Shown one piece after another: positions 28,626 through 44,696 of a stretch of DNA of 64,000 nucleotides (position 1 is the stretch's first letter; each line of letters opens with the position of its first letter). Source of the DNA: Octopus vulgaris. Lineage: Eukaryota. The stretch is taken from contig OX597817.1 of the NCBI GenBank assembly GCA_951406725.2, forward strand, positions 165,850,001 to 165,914,000, in the 5' to 3' direction. The position numbers were made by a program, and so were the translations under genes. The notes under the pieces are model-generated. The model was not told the origin of the DNA and made no database searches. It saw nothing but the letters and a program-made list of their open reading frames with translations.

Positions 28626-28757
28626 CACACACCACACACACACACACGTATATAGGAAATAGTGGCACAACAAGGTTCTAATTTTTGCTGGAAATAGCAG
28701 TCGATAACCGTTCGACGTTGGGTAAAGTTTTACCGAACGTATAGCGGCAAAGAACAT

Positions 28758-28986
28758 GCGGCGAGCTGGCAGAAACGTTAGCACGCTGGACGAAATTCTT
28801 AGCAGTATTTCGTCGGCCGTTACGCTCTGAGTTCAAATTCCGCCAAGGTCGACTTAGCCTTTCATCCTTCGGGGTCGATAAATTAAGTACCAGTTACGCG
28901 CTGGGGTCGATGTAATCGACTTAATCCCTTTGTCTGTCCTTGTTCGTCCCCTCTATGTTTAGCCCCTTGTGGGCAATAAAGAAATA
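28758..28986 (+). mobile_element. SINE family A, full length
   Basis: Matches the reference copy; TSD aagaacat. Confidence 0.92.
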
Positions 28987-29049
28987 AGAACATTTGAACA
29001 TACTCTACTAAACACTGCTTCTATCAAGTGATTAGTTTGCAGAATGCAG

Positions 29050-29600
29050 TCGGAACGTGAACAATATGAAAGCTCTCTTTCTACAGAAACGTATGAAATA
29101 CTCCACACTGCTAATGGATTAACTTGTATGAGCCGAGCATCTGTTTTTCGCTGGTAGAAGAGGCCAGACAAAGCAAGTCCACTGGGACTCTCATGACGAA
29201 CTCCTTTTTCAACAGTAAGAGCATCATCTACATTCACTAGCCTCCCTCTGGTAAGACGGTCAACAGAAAATACTTTCAGGGTGTTTTGAGGTAGTTCAGA
29301 GAGAGAGATTTCATCTCAAAATCCCAGAACACTTGCACCAGGACACTGCACCATCCCAAATTCCATCCTAGTAACCAATTATTTGACAGAGGGAGGGATC
29401 AAAACTGTCCCTTACCGTCCCTACCTTTCAATCCTTGCCCCCTTTGACTTTTGGTTGTTCTACATGCTGCACGAAAAGATGAAGGATACTTTAGCAAGGA
29501 TCCTGGACACCTTACAAGACTTCCATGGGGTTTTACAAAGTGACTGGAGCGCTACAACAAGTGAATTGAAGCCAGGAGATCCTAATCAGGAACAGATTAA
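29050..29600 (+). pseudogene. Mariner (DD34D-type) transposase remnant, internally deleted
   Basis: ETYEILHTA, MSRASVFRW*KR, GKTVNRKYF, HQDTAP, LTEGGIKTVPYRPYLSILAPFDFWLF (YSPDLAPxD motif), LERYNK. Confidence 0.85.
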
Positions 29601-30479
29601 TTTTGTAGTTCTTTGAAATAAATAAAAGTTTCCCCGAGAAAATAGCAGCCAAATCTTTGGAGGTGAGATAAGTTGAATGCACTCGAAAGAAACCTATGGG
29701 GAAAAAGACTATTTCACACGGAGTTTATGAACGGGTCTTTTACAAAATATTTTTATTTAAAAATATTTTGCTTATCATAATGTGCCTAGTGGAAAGGTTA
29801 GTGTTTCTAGCCTTTCAGGGTGAAGTTATTTTTGGAGTATTTCCTCAATATGCACCGTTTTGGGTATTTACACATCAAAACCCCGAATATCTCTCAAACT
29901 ACATATTCCATGTACGCGAAACTTGTTTTATTCCGTTCGTATTCATATTTCAAGGGCACTTTACTTTCAAAGTATTTTCCCATTATTCGCCAGTTTGGCC
30001 GTGTAACATTGCAAGCAAGCAAGCAAGATTGAAGTGTGTGTGTGTGCGTGCGTATGTGTGTGTGTGTGTACACACATATGTACATATGTGTTTTATTCTC
30101 TTATTTTTTTGTTCTGTGTAACTTTCTTGTGGCTGGCGTGCATTTATGTTTGTTTTCAATGGTGGAATATGTATTGTATATACTCTGTCACTGATAACGA
30201 ACATGTGTGTCACACAGTTATACACTCCCACGCATGCAAGCATACGCCACACACACACACATGCAGATAAGCAAAACAAAAAAAAAAGCAACGCATATAT
30301 TCATAGACAAGCGCATGCACGTCAGATACACACAGACATTGCTTACGCATGCAATTACTTATACTCATGCATATATATTCACATGTGTAACCGTACACGC
30401 CGTAGGCTCAAGCACTACCAGGAACATTACAAGCGTACTCAGGCCCCCATTATGCATCTATACGATCTTGATAAGATCA

Positions 30480-31129
30480 TGATGGTAACAGTGGATGATG
30501 GTGAGGATGTGGTGTTAGTGTTGGTGTTAGTGGTGGAGATGCTGCGGAGAGAGGGGTGGATAGATGTGACGTTGGGAGAAGTAGTGGCAGTTTTACAACT
30601 GTTGGCCCTTAGTTACTGGTGCGGGTTTGGGGATTAGCTGCTGACAGTGGTGTTGGTGGTGGTGATAGTGAGTGTGATAGTTATGACGGTAGCCATATTT
30701 GTATGGTGAGTGTGGTGATGGTAGTGATGGTGGTGATGGTGATGGTGGTGGTGGTGGTGGTGGTGGATGACGTACAGGTGTTAACGATATGGCGGTGGTC
30801 GTGAATGAGGCTGGCTATAATGGTTTTGGTGGTAGTGATGAACTGGTGCTACCGATAGTGGGTGGTGATGATGATTGTGGTGTTGCTGGTGGTAGTAGTG
30901 TTGATGGTGGTGGTGTTGACGATAGTGGTAGTAGTGGCAGTGACTGTTGCTGTCTATAATGGTGGTGGTGATGATGATGATCGTGGTGGTGTTGGTGGTG
31001 GTGGCTCTGGTGGATTGGTGTTCGTGATAGTGGTGGTGGTGGTGGTTTAGTTGTAGTTGTGCCGCTGATGGTTGCCAATGCTGTTAGCGATATCGGTGGT
31101 GGTGGCCATATTTCTATGACAGAGGTTTC

Positions 31130-31192
<63 letters not shown>

Positions 31193-31240
31193 TGCGTTGT
31201 TGTTGGCGTGGGTAATTGAAGTGATAGCAGTTGTGGATTT
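30480..31240. repeat. Degenerate GGT/GAT/GTA low-complexity tract
   Basis: Direct inspection. Confidence 0.85.
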
Positions 31241-31702
31241 GGTTGATGGAAGCTGAAAGAAACGTGTCCTATGTGTGCGTGTGTGCATGTGCATGTGTGT
31301 TTGTGTGTATGTGTGCGTGTGTGTGTGAGTGTGAGTGTCTGTGTGTATGAGTCTCTGTATTTTGTGTTAGATTCTCACCACCGCTTGACGACCGGTGTTG
31401 CGTAACGGAGACAGATAGAATAAGAACAAAGCTTAAAACAAGAGTAATGAAACAGATTCATTCGACTAAAAATTCTTCAGTACTTTGCTCCATCGTGGTC
31501 GCAGTCTAATTAGTGAAGCAAGTAAAAGATAAAAACTATATATGTATATATATATATATATATATAAATCGAAACGCTCGTAAATGCCACCCTCATCTCT
31601 GCTTCTTACTTCTTTGTTACCTATTTAATTAAATACATGCCAGCGTAAACCATGAGTTTCCCATTGTTATTATATCCATTTTCTACTCTTATATATATAT
31701 AA

Positions 31703-31985
31703 TATATATGAAAGAAGGTTTGAAAATGCAATTTTAAAAGATGTTTATTTACTTTACCGGTTTCACTTTTTTTAGAAAAGATTGTCAAAAGTAACATGGA
31801 AAAGCTTGGTTGTGTTAGTTACTGGTTGTCACAAAATACTACAATACAGTATTTTGTGACAACCAGTACCTAACACAACCAAGCTTTTCCATGTTACTTT
31901 TGACAATCTTTTTCTAAAAAAGTGAAACGGGTAAAGTAAATAAACATCTTTTAAAATTGCATTTTCAAACCTTCTTTCATATATA
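31703..31985. repeat. Near-perfect palindrome (arms about 138 bp, 7-nt spacer), probably inverted Penelope-like terminal repeats
   Basis: 31703-31840 is the reverse complement of 31848-31985 with only a few differences. Confidence 0.93.
31749..31794 (-). ncRNA. Minimal hammerhead-like motif, U3-A8 variant
   Basis: UUACUU-UUGACAA-stem II-GAAA-CCGG-UA-AAGUAA; mirror copy on + at 31894-31939 has CGGG in place of CCGG. Confidence 0.6.
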
Positions 31986-32021
31986 ATTCCACTCGTGCGG
32001 TAACTTCACAACTCACCTTTG

Positions 32022-32067
<46 letters not shown>

Positions 32068-32089
32068 TTATATTTAAATATATATATGT

Positions 32090-32129
<40 letters not shown>

Positions 32130-32191
32130 ATGCATATGTATATATGTATATATAAATATACATAAATGACTGAAACAAGTAGAGTAATATG

Positions 32192-32256
<65 letters not shown>

Positions 32257-32677
32257 TTTGACACAGAGCTGGCTGCTACGTCTAGCAGATCGAATGAACT
32301 CATGGAGGCTGCACCATGCATTGTGATCAAGTACATGCGCGTTTGTCTACGTCCGAATGCATATGTGTTGTGTCTGTGTGTGTGTGTGTGAGTGTCTTTA
32401 TTGTATGTGAGTAAAAAGATATATTTAGCAGTCTCTTCACAGGAATGTGAATTTCATGTGATTAAATTCAAATAGATAAGAAAGGAGTAGGTATGTATAT
32501 ATATACTTTCCTCCGTCTCTCTTTCTAAGTGTCTGTGTTTGTATGTAAATATGTATATGTGTATATTCGAAAGTTCAATTTGTTACAGTGGTATGGTGAC
32601 TAATAGATTCATTCCTCCCCATTAGTCACCTCAGAGTACTGAACCTTGCTATACTTCCATCACAGAATTATGTCCAT

Positions 32678-32752
<75 letters not shown>

Positions 32753-32767
32753 CACACACACATATAT

Positions 32768-33700
32768 ACACACTCCGTTTCAAATTATTTCTTTATTTTA
32801 TTTAAAGACTAGACGTTGGAATTCAGCAAAATTTCCACTGAATGATGGAAACATTTGTATGCGCGTGGTGTGTAAAAAACGTGAGTTTTTGCGCAAGTGT
32901 ACATAAACCGCGGACATTTCTGTGATTTCGACGAACTTTCACTGTCCCAAATCATTTACGAGCGGTCTGATAATCGTGTAATTATGAGTTGTAATGTGAC
33001 TTAACTACTTCAGAGAAATCTTTAATTACTTCTGAACTTACAAAATGTAAATCAACATTAGAACTATCTAAAATAATTCAAAGATATCACCAAGCGGTGT
33101 ACAAATTTGTTACAGCTCTTACGAAGATACGTAAGAGAGCCGACAAGTGTTATTCGAGGGCTGTTTCTCAACGTTCTCAGTCACGAATTAAGCATGAATC
33201 TTTGATTGAAGAAGGCAGCGAAACTACGGTGTTCAGAACTACCTGATGTCATCTTCTGAAAAAGATCAGTAAACCAGAGATGTCACTGGTTTACCGACCC
33301 CTTTAAACAAAATACACATACAAAATCATCTGAGATGAGCATAAGATAAAATGAAGGTCAACTTTTCAAAAGTTTTGTTTACCGATGAAATTCGTGCAAC
33401 CCTTGGTGGGGACTTGATGGGTTGTAAAAGAAGGGATGGGTTGTAAATGAACGAGATCGTCATCAACGCTTGAGACGCCAACCAACAAGGGGGAGGAGGC
33501 ATCATGATTTGGGCAGGTATTATTGGAGGTATTATGGTTGGTCCTTAGAAATTGCCTGAATGGCCTTTCTGATGGAACACCTTGAACCTTGCTTGAAAAG
33601 CAAAGGATCGCCTTCAAGACAACCATAATATTCAGAAAGATAATGCGCCCTCGCACTCAGCGAAGACAACTACAGTGTATTTGCAACAAGTGGGCTTCTG
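32768..33700 (+). pseudogene. Tc1-like transposase remnant (motifs resemble DD37E/TRT type)
   Basis: MKVNFSKVLFTDEIRATL, QRLRRQ/QGGGGIMIWAGIIG, DNAPSHSAKTT; 3' end lost; left boundary uncertain. Confidence 0.8.
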
Positions 33701-33704
33701 TAGA

Positions 33705-33737
<33 letters not shown>

Positions 33738-34024
33738 GACAGAGAAAGAGACAGAGAGACAGACTGACAGATAGTTAGCTAGCTAAATAGATTGATAGAC
33801 AGACAGACAGACAGATACATACATACATACATACATACATACATACATACATACATACATACATACATACATACATACATACACATATGCACACACATTT
33901 TATCACACCTTAGTACTATGTGTGCTGATATTAGATAAAACATTAAGCATTTATAATATATAAATTATTAGTTCCCATATATATTATATATATACATATA
34001 TACATACATACATACATACATACA

Positions 34025-34055
<31 letters not shown>

Positions 34056-36230
34056 GTGTATGACTAAACTGCAACCGGTAGGTGGGCCCTGGTTCGACCT
34101 CTAAGCGATAATTGTCCTCAGATCTACTCTGATTTGGAGCAGTAACAATTGTCAAGATCCAACTATGGGTAAATTAGTATGTACAGAAACTCCCCCGGAA
34201 GTTAGCGACTCCCGCCTAATAGTGTCATAACGCTCTGATGTAAAAACTGCGGTTTTACGCGTGTACTGGTCATTTCATTTCGGCTTGTCACTAAATATTT
34301 ATCACAAGGACTCAGAGCTTTTATTTCTGTATTCGAATGGCATATACATGTCCCTTTGTGGTGATTTCATTTGTCATTTCTCATTCCATTAACTGAAAGT
34401 CCTATGGCGATGGGAGAGTGGTGATATGTGCCGACTTAACCAATCCGAAGTGCACTGTTACAAAGCAGCTGAAAGGTATAGGTCACCTGAGAGGTCGTGG
34501 ATGGTAAGTCAGAAATGCCTTTGACAACGAGGAAGCACAACGAGGAGGGCAATCATAATTAAAGGTGGAGCAATCGCCATGTATGTATGTATGTATTTAT
34601 GTACGAAGGTAGATAGGTAGGTAGGTAGGTAGGTAGGTAGGTAGGTAGAAGATCTGAGTGTGTGAGTGTGTGGTGTGTGCAAATATGTTTGATGTTTATA
34701 AACCACTCGATCTTTAAAATATCAATGGTTAACAAAAATTATATTTTTCTTCCTTTTGTGATATGCATAACAAATATAGGAAATATAGTACGTCTAAGCC
34801 AGATCAAAATACAAAGGAAGCCACTTATTATAATCACGGATAATGTTATCAAAGAGTATTGTTACCAAAGTCTTGAATGAATTAAAATTCATGCACTTTT
34901 CAGAAACCAAGATCCGGATATTTTTTTTTATCAAACTTATCAACGAAACTACGCCGCCGACGGCGCAGACACCAAAAGCAAAGAGCACGCTACATTGGGA
35001 GAAGTGGTATGTTTGTAGTGATGGTGATGGTGGTGGTGGTGGTGATATTAGGGGAATAATATATCAGTTCCTGATGGTAACGGTGTAGGAGAGCCTGAAG
35101 CACTTACACATGACCATCAAAACGTGGCTTTCTCCAGGGATGCATCCACCCGCCCGATCCTTTGTTACAGACTGCCCATGTGGATCACAACGACACCGGG
35201 TTTTAACCTACATCAGAGGTGTATCCATCTGCCCGTCTCTCTCTCTCTCTCTCCCTTTACTCCCTCAATCTCTTTCTCTCTCTCTCTTTAGTCTTTCTTT
35301 TTTCGCATTCTCACTCTGTAGAATCGTTAGCACGACAGGCAAAATAACTAGAAGCATTTTTCCGTCCTTACGTTCCAACTTCAAATTCAGCTAAGACTAA
35401 CTTTGTCTTTCATCCTTACCGGGTCGATAAAATAAGTGACAGTTGAGCTCCGGCTTGGGTCGATATAATAGACATAGCCCCTTCCTTGAAAATGCTGGCC
35501 TGGTGCCAAAATTTTAAACCATTCAACTGCATCTTCCTCGAAGCGTTTTGCTTTAATGAAATCACAGATTGTAAAGAACGCTACACACTCGAGTTTGGCT
35601 TAGAGGCGGATTAAAGCTGCGTGTAGACATGCTTTTAACAGCACTGAGACCAAGCCATTCATACCTGCAACATCACGAGGCTTCCTGGTGTAAAACTGAT
35701 TAGTGGGTCTCCAAAGTATCACAAATCAAAGAATTCATCAGTATCATGTCTCATATTACTAAATTACATTACATCTATTCACAGAAACAGCCGACACGTT
35801 TCCCACCCATTGACAAAGACGCCTAAAACGAAGTGATTTGTGAACCCGCCGTGTATAAGAGTTATAGCATACTTCTATGTGTGTGAGCGCGTGTGTTTAT
35901 ACATAAATGTATGTGTTATATTATATAATGTATAAAGAAGGCCAAATATATTTATACACATGCCCTATATAATATGTTTGTATACACATGCACACACATA
36001 CGCAGATAGGTTTTGGTAGAACAAACAAAAGAAACAGAACTCAATACATGCGTATATATTCATTTTTTAAAAAATTTTTAATTGGTAGAAAGTTACAAAA
36101 GTGACTCAAGTGCCGGAAGTTTCGTTCATGAGACCTTCAATCACTTTTCTAACTTGCTGCCAGGTGAAATTACAAAACTATATATGCACACACGCACGCA
36201 CACATATGTGTGTATGTGTGTATGGATACC

Positions 36231-36319
<89 letters not shown>

Positions 36320-36330
36320 GTACGTGTATA

Positions 36331-36544
36331 TTTTACTCTTTTACTTGTTTCAGTCATTTGACTGCGGCTATGCTGGAACACCGCCTTTGATCGAGCAACT
36401 CGACCCCGGGACTCATTCTTTGTAAGCCCAGTACTTATTCTATCGATCTCTTTTGCCGAACCGCTAAGTAACGGGGACATAAATACACCAGCATCGGTTG
36501 TCAAGCAATGCTAGGGGGACAAACACACAAATACACACACACAA

Positions 36545-36575
<31 letters not shown>

Positions 36576-36661
36576 CATATATACGACAGGCTTCTTTCAG
36601 TTTTCGTCTACCAAATCCACTCACAAGGCTTTGGTCGGCCCGGGGCTATAGTAGAAGACAC
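36331..36661 (-). mobile_element. SINE family B, 5'-truncated
   Basis: Homology to the reference copy. Confidence 0.88.
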
Positions 36662-36715
<54 letters not shown>

Positions 36716-36738
36716 CATATATATATACATATATTTAT

Positions 36739-36825
<87 letters not shown>

Positions 36826-36826
<1 letters not shown>

Positions 36827-37158
36827 TAGAACTGTTCATTCAGAAATCATCAGGAAGCTCCCGGGCTTCCTGAGTCGGGGTTAACCACAGTAAATAAACG
36901 GTACTCGTGTTTCTGTGTGTCTGTTTGCTTGTAATACATAGATTCAGAGTAAAATTAATTCATAATTCATATAGAAGCGAGTTTGTAAAGTTACCCCAGT
37001 TCTGAACTGATAAATTCGACATTCAGAATCAGAAACACAAACCGAAACTCATCAGGGGCGCAAGCTCCTGATGAGCTCTCAAAAAATTTACCATGATTTC
37101 TCTGAATGAAACATGCTTCTAGTCCTTACAAACCTGAGCAACGCCGGGCGATATGCTA
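36826..37158 (+). mobile_element. Rearranged Helitron relative
   Basis: Shares ccagttctgaa...aattcgacat...gaatcagaaacacaaacc and the 3' hairpin with 27715-28101. Confidence 0.7.
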
Positions 37159-37164
37159 TAATAA

Positions 37165-37211
<47 letters not shown>

Positions 37212-37605
37212 ACTTTATATATAAAGAACGTGAAATACACGAAGTGACGAACACGGAAAACAGACGAGTCATTCGAAGCCTTCAATGAACTACTATATTT
37301 GTGCGTTCTATTTCTAAACATACGCATACGTAGACGTTTTTCTTCCTGTAGAAGAAGATCTCAGGATGAGTATGTTTGCCTTCGTCTATCAGCTTTCGGT
37401 ATCCATTTGCATTGAGGGTTATGTCTTTCTATATCTGTGTGTGTGTGTGTATGTGTGTAGTCGCGTGCATGCTTACGCATGCGCATATGTAAGTGTGTAA
37501 GGGTTCGTTATTACATGCCTGCAAGTGTATGTGTGTACGTGTATGCGCATATATATATATGTATATGCGTGATGTGCTTGCTTGTGTGCGTATGTTTGTG
37601 TGCGT

Positions 37606-37681
<76 letters not shown>

Positions 37682-37812
37682 CTCTCGCCATCTGCATTCA
37701 TGTTAGTGTATGATGTTTGTTCAAAAACATGCGAACATTCCAGCAAGTGCCTCTCGGGAACTGTTAATTTTGATACTGTACATGTCTCTGTAGACTACGC
37801 TTTATCTTTAAG

Positions 37813-37854
<42 letters not shown>

Positions 37855-37994
37855 TACAATCCTTCCTACTATAGGCAAAACGCATGAAATTTGGGGGCCG
37901 GGAGATTAGTCGATTCCATGACCCCAGTGTTTCACTGGTATTTAATTTATCGACCCCCGAAAGGATGAAAGGCAAAGTCGACTTCGGTGGAATT

Positions 37995-38814
<820 letters not shown>

Positions 38815-38815
<1 letters not shown>

Positions 38816-39030
38816 TACAATCCTTCCTACTATAGGCAAAACGCATGAAATTTGGGGGCCGGAAGATTAGTCCATTCCATGACCCCAGTGTTTCACTGGT
38901 ATTTAATTTATCGACCCCCCGAAAGGATGAAAGGCAAAGTCGACTTCGGTGGAATTTGAACCTAGGACGTGCAGAGAGATGAAATGTCGCTAAACATTTT
39001 GCTCGGCGTGCTAACGATTCTGCCAGTTCA
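38815..39030 (-). mobile_element. SINE family A variant (alternative tail); its 3' part is duplicated at 37851-37995
   Basis: A-type body and head, diverged. Confidence 0.8.
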
Positions 39031-39073
39031 TATATAATAATAATGATAATAATAAATAATGATAATAATAATG

Positions 39074-39110
<37 letters not shown>

Positions 39111-39123
39111 TGATGATGATGAT

Positions 39124-39154
<31 letters not shown>

Positions 39155-39263
39155 GGGGAGAGGATGATGATGATGATGATGATAATACTAAGATTAATAC
39201 TAATACTAATACTAATAATAATAACAATAATGCGACATATGATAATAATAATAATGATAATAA

Positions 39264-39322
<59 letters not shown>

Positions 39323-39780
39323 ATGATAATAATAATATTTAGAAGAAGAAGAAGAAGAAGAAGAATGCTTTCCAACAGCTTTTGCTATCTATTTTGGCAC
39401 GTGTCTACAAATTTTGTAGGTGGGAGTATAGTCGGCTGCATCGAACCCACAACCTCACCCATAAAATGAAGAACGTCAAAGTTGACCCTTATGTGATGGA
39501 AGTCAAACATCAGTCAGGGTCAAATATTTGGGAGCAGCTTTATTCTTTTGCCATTTGATCTGCTCTTTTGATGCGCATTGGCGATCAAAGACCTCTATGT
39601 CATAGTCAGAAGGCTCCCTTTTACTCCTTTACCCTTTTACTGTAGGAGCCATCCGTCTTCTCGAGCTGTGTATGCCATAGCTATAAGACCATCTTTTGCT
39701 AATCGACCATAACTGAGACGATCCATGTTGCGTTTGTAAGGATGCTGCTAATATTCGAAGTAGTGTTCTCAATCCTATCG

Positions 39781-40712
<932 letters not shown>

Positions 40713-41053
40713 AACACGTTGAAAATAAGAACTTCATTCTCTCCCCCCCCCCAACACACACACCTACACCATCTTATACACGCAACCGTAGTTTACTACT
40801 GGTACCATCATGCAGCATTGGCAACAGGAATGTGAGCGGGTGAGGGAGGGAGGGAGGGAGAAGTGAAGGGATAATAGAGGGGGGGGGGGACGCGGTTGTG
40901 CAACGCCGACACCCCACCCACCCACCCACCCACCCACCCACCCTTGGGGATAATAAAGGATGGAAGAAGGTAGATTAAGGAGAAATTAGATATACATCTG
41001 TTTGTTTTAATGTAACTAGCACTACAAACATGTGGGGCACGTCTGTCACATGT

Positions 41054-41103
<50 letters not shown>

Positions 41104-41125
41104 CACACATACACTCGCATACACA

Positions 41126-41163
<38 letters not shown>

Positions 41164-41668
41164 CATGTGTATGTATATTTATCTCTCTATATATAGCATA
41201 TAATATACATAATATATACATATATATATGTATATAATATATATGTATGTATAATATATGTGTATGTATAATATATATATATATATGCAAATATATAATA
41301 TATACATATATCATACATATATATATATACGATATATGTATATATATATATATAACATATATAATACATATATATAAGCATATATGTATATATATATATA
41401 TTTATATGTGTGTGTGTATATATACATATATACATATATATGCTCACATGTACACACTCATTAACACACACACGCACACACTCACGGGCACGCAAGCACA
41501 TACACACACACACACACGCTATGTCACTGCTAGTACTGCTACTTAAGCAGTAGTGTGTTTAGTCTGTTGAAGTTTTAGTGAGTGAATGAATGAGAGATTT
41601 ATGAGGAGAAAGAGAGTCACTCACACGTACATTAATGCCGAAAATATTTTATAGACACAAATGCACCA

Positions 41669-41716
<48 letters not shown>

Positions 41717-41735
41717 ATATATATATGCGTAAATA

Positions 41736-41766
<31 letters not shown>

Positions 41767-41780
41767 GCATGCTTCTAAAT

Positions 41781-41995
41781 GTTAAGTTAAGTTAACTTAA
41801 CTTTTTGGCTCAAAAAGCCCCCCCCCCCAAAAAAAAAAAAAAAGAGCAAGGCCATGTAGGGGGACATGGAGTTATGTACAGGGAGGGTGTTCATGCAAAG
41901 AGTTCAGGCCATTTCTGGTCAAGAGAGACTTTAAACCGAGCGGTCGTCGGCATCTTCACCATCTCGTCCGGCAGCTTATTCCACGGATCCGCAAC
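41781..41995 (-). mobile_element. CR1 LINE 3' end
   Basis: VADPWNKLPDEMVKMPTTARFKVSLDQKWPELFA* (WNxLP...FK..LD motif), 3'UTR and short repeat tail. Confidence 0.82.
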
Positions 41996-42249
41996 ATATA
42001 TCTATTTGCATATATGCATATATATATATATATGCAAACATACACACACACACGCACCGCACACACACACACGCACACACACACACACACACTCACATAT
42101 GCATATATATATATATATGCAAACATACACACACACGCACCGCACACACACACACGCACACACACATACACACACACACACACACATTTATATACAGATA
42201 TATACGTGCGTTCAATTCATCTTTTTTTTTTTTTTATCTCTTATCGTTT

Positions 42250-42475
42250 ACTTCTTTCAGTCATTCGACTACGGCCATGCTGGAGCACTGCTTTCAAGGA
42301 TTTTAGTGGAACGAATCCACCGCAATGCTTATTTTTATTTTTCGTGGTACTTATTTGATCGGCAACTTTTGCCAAACCACAAACTTATATGAACGTGAAC
42401 AAACCAACACCGGTCATCAAGCGGTGTTGAGGGAAACACAACAGAAAGACACACATACACACACATATCATACAC

Positions 42476-42506
<31 letters not shown>

Positions 42507-42713
42507 TGTATGTATGTATGTATGTATGTATGTATGTATGTATGTATGTATGTATCTATCTACGACGAACTATACTTTTAGTTTCTTTCTACTAAATCCA
42601 ATCAGAAGACTTTGGTTGGCCAGGGGCTATACTAAGAAGTCACTTGCCCAAAGTGCCATGCATTGGGACCGAAACCAGAACCATGTGGTTGGGAAGTAAA
42701 CTTCTTATTGCGC
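42250..42713 (-). mobile_element. SINE family B, diverged, with internal (TATG)n
   Basis: Homology to the reference copy. Confidence 0.75.
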
Positions 42714-42819
42714 ATGTATATTATGGGCACGCATACACATATCTATGCATACATATACGTTTATACACACACACGCGCACATACATATGTATATGCATAT
42801 ATATAAACACATTATTATA

Positions 42820-43080
42820 TAGGAAGAATTCACGAAAAAAAAAAAGTCGAAGACAGGTGGTGTATACAACAAACAGATGTATTAATATAACGCTCGGGAA
42901 GTGAAAAAGTCTTTAATGTTTCGAACCTATGCTCTTCTACAGAAAGGAACACAAGGAAAGAAAATAAAGAATGTGTAATGGCTAGCGATCTATCATGGCG
43001 AATGCCGGACAGAAGGATCATACAGGAGAGCTAGGGAGAAAGGGAGATAATAAAGTAGTGGTGATCCCAAAACGAAGGTG
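42820..43080 (-). mobile_element. Penelope-like terminal-repeat fragment
   Basis: Homolog of 21575-21770; TAGAAGA-Gcataggtt-C-GAAA-catt. Confidence 0.5.
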
Positions 43081-43221
43081 GACATACACGTACATAACAT
43101 ATATTCATATATATGTGTGTACGTGTGTATATAAATGCATACGTATATGGATATACACATAAGAAAAAGTACTCATCTATGTGTATATCTAAGTATATGC
43201 ATGTAATGTATAAGCATGTGT

Positions 43222-43540
43222 GAAGGCGCATGGCTTAGTGGTTAAGGTAGTCGGCCCATGATTGTAGTGTCGTGAGTTCAATTCCCGGCGACGCGTTGTG
43301 TTCTTCAGCAAGACACTTTATTTCACGTTGCTCCAGTTTACTCAGCTGGCAAAATTGAGAAATACCTGTACTTCAAGGGGCCAGCCTTGTCACACTCTGT
43401 GTCATACTGAATCTCCGAGAACTATATTAAGGGTAGGCGTGTCTGTAGAATGCTCAGCCATTTACACGTTAATTTCACGAGCAGGCTCTTACGTTGATGG
43501 TATCTACTGGAACCCTCGTCTTCGTAACCGACGGAATACT
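43222..43540 (+). mobile_element. SINE with a different head and CORE-like body but the family C tail
   Basis: Head gaaggcgcatggcttagtggttaagg...gagttcaattccc; 3' 170 bp homologous to 20283-20470. Confidence 0.82.
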
Positions 43541-43909
43541 AGCATAAACATGTCTTTCTGTGTACAATGATCATCCTATGTGTTCTCATACAAGGGGTGA
43601 TTGTAAGTAATGAATACATTACATCGATATTCTTTATTGAGATATGAAGTTTCTTGATCCTTAAGTAAATTTCAAAGTTTTGATTCGACTCTTCGGTGAA
43701 TTCAGGACGGCCCGAAGGTTTTTGAGAGGAGCAATATCGATTACCTTGACTACAGTACTCGACTGGTTCTTATTCTATCTACCCCTTAAAAGATGAAAAA
43801 AAAAGTTGACCTCGTCGTGATTTGAACATAGAACGAAAAGCCAGAAGTAATACCGCTAAGCAAATCGTCCGGCGTGCAAACAATTTTGCTAACTCATCGT
43901 CAAAGCTAT

Positions 43910-44116
43910 ACTCTTTTACTCTTTTACTTGTTTCAGTCATTTGACTGCGGCCAAGCTGGAGCACCGCCTTTAGTCAGCAAATCGACCCCAGGACTTATTC
44001 TTTGTAAACCTAGTACTTATTCTATCACTCTCTTTTGCCGAACCGCTAAGTTACAGGGACGTAAACACACCAGCATCGGTTGTCAAGCGATATTGGTGGG
44101 GACAAACACAGACACA

Positions 44117-44185
<69 letters not shown>

Positions 44186-44355
44186 ATATATACGATGGGC
44201 TTATTTCAGTTTCCGTCTACCAAATCCACTCACGAGACTTCGGTCGGCCCGAGGCTATGGTAGAAGACACTTGCCTAAGGTGTCACGCAGTGGGACTGAA
44301 CCCGGTACCATGTGGTTGGTAAGCAAGCTACTTACCACACAGCCACTCCTGCGCC
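43910..44355 (-). mobile_element. SINE family B, full length
   Basis: Homology to the reference copy. Confidence 0.92.
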
Positions 44356-44696
44356 TATAGTAATAATAATAACATTAGTTCCAAATTTCGTCATAATTCA
44401 CACAATTTTAAGATGAGTGACAAGCAGATTACATCAGTCCCAATTAATAACGGCATCAGTTTCTGTCTTCAGTTCAAAGTCAAGAATCTTTACGTATGTG
44501 TTTTAGACAATTCATCAATTGTAAATAATGTAAATAATGTGTTTTAGACAGTAACATTGACACCAGTACTTAACTGGTATTTTATTTTACCACCCTGAAA
44601 GGTTGGCAAACAAGGATTTCATTGCCAAGATTCTAGTATATATATGTATATATATATGTGTGTGTGTGTGTGTGCATGTGTGTGTGTGTGTGTGTA

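Noticed and set aside
34400-34503. Candidate 104-nt + strand exon (AAG acceptor, GTAAGT donor, open frame SYGDGRVVICADL...)
   Set aside because: Weak acceptor, no recognisable protein and no partner exons
37044-37080. GAAA...CTGATGA resembling a permuted hammerhead
   Set aside because: No NUH site or stem III in register; CTGATGAG is sequestered in a simple hairpin
40838-40945. G-rich and C-rich runs with G-quadruplex potential
   Set aside because: Expected from (GGGA)n/(CCCA)n microsatellites; no sign of function
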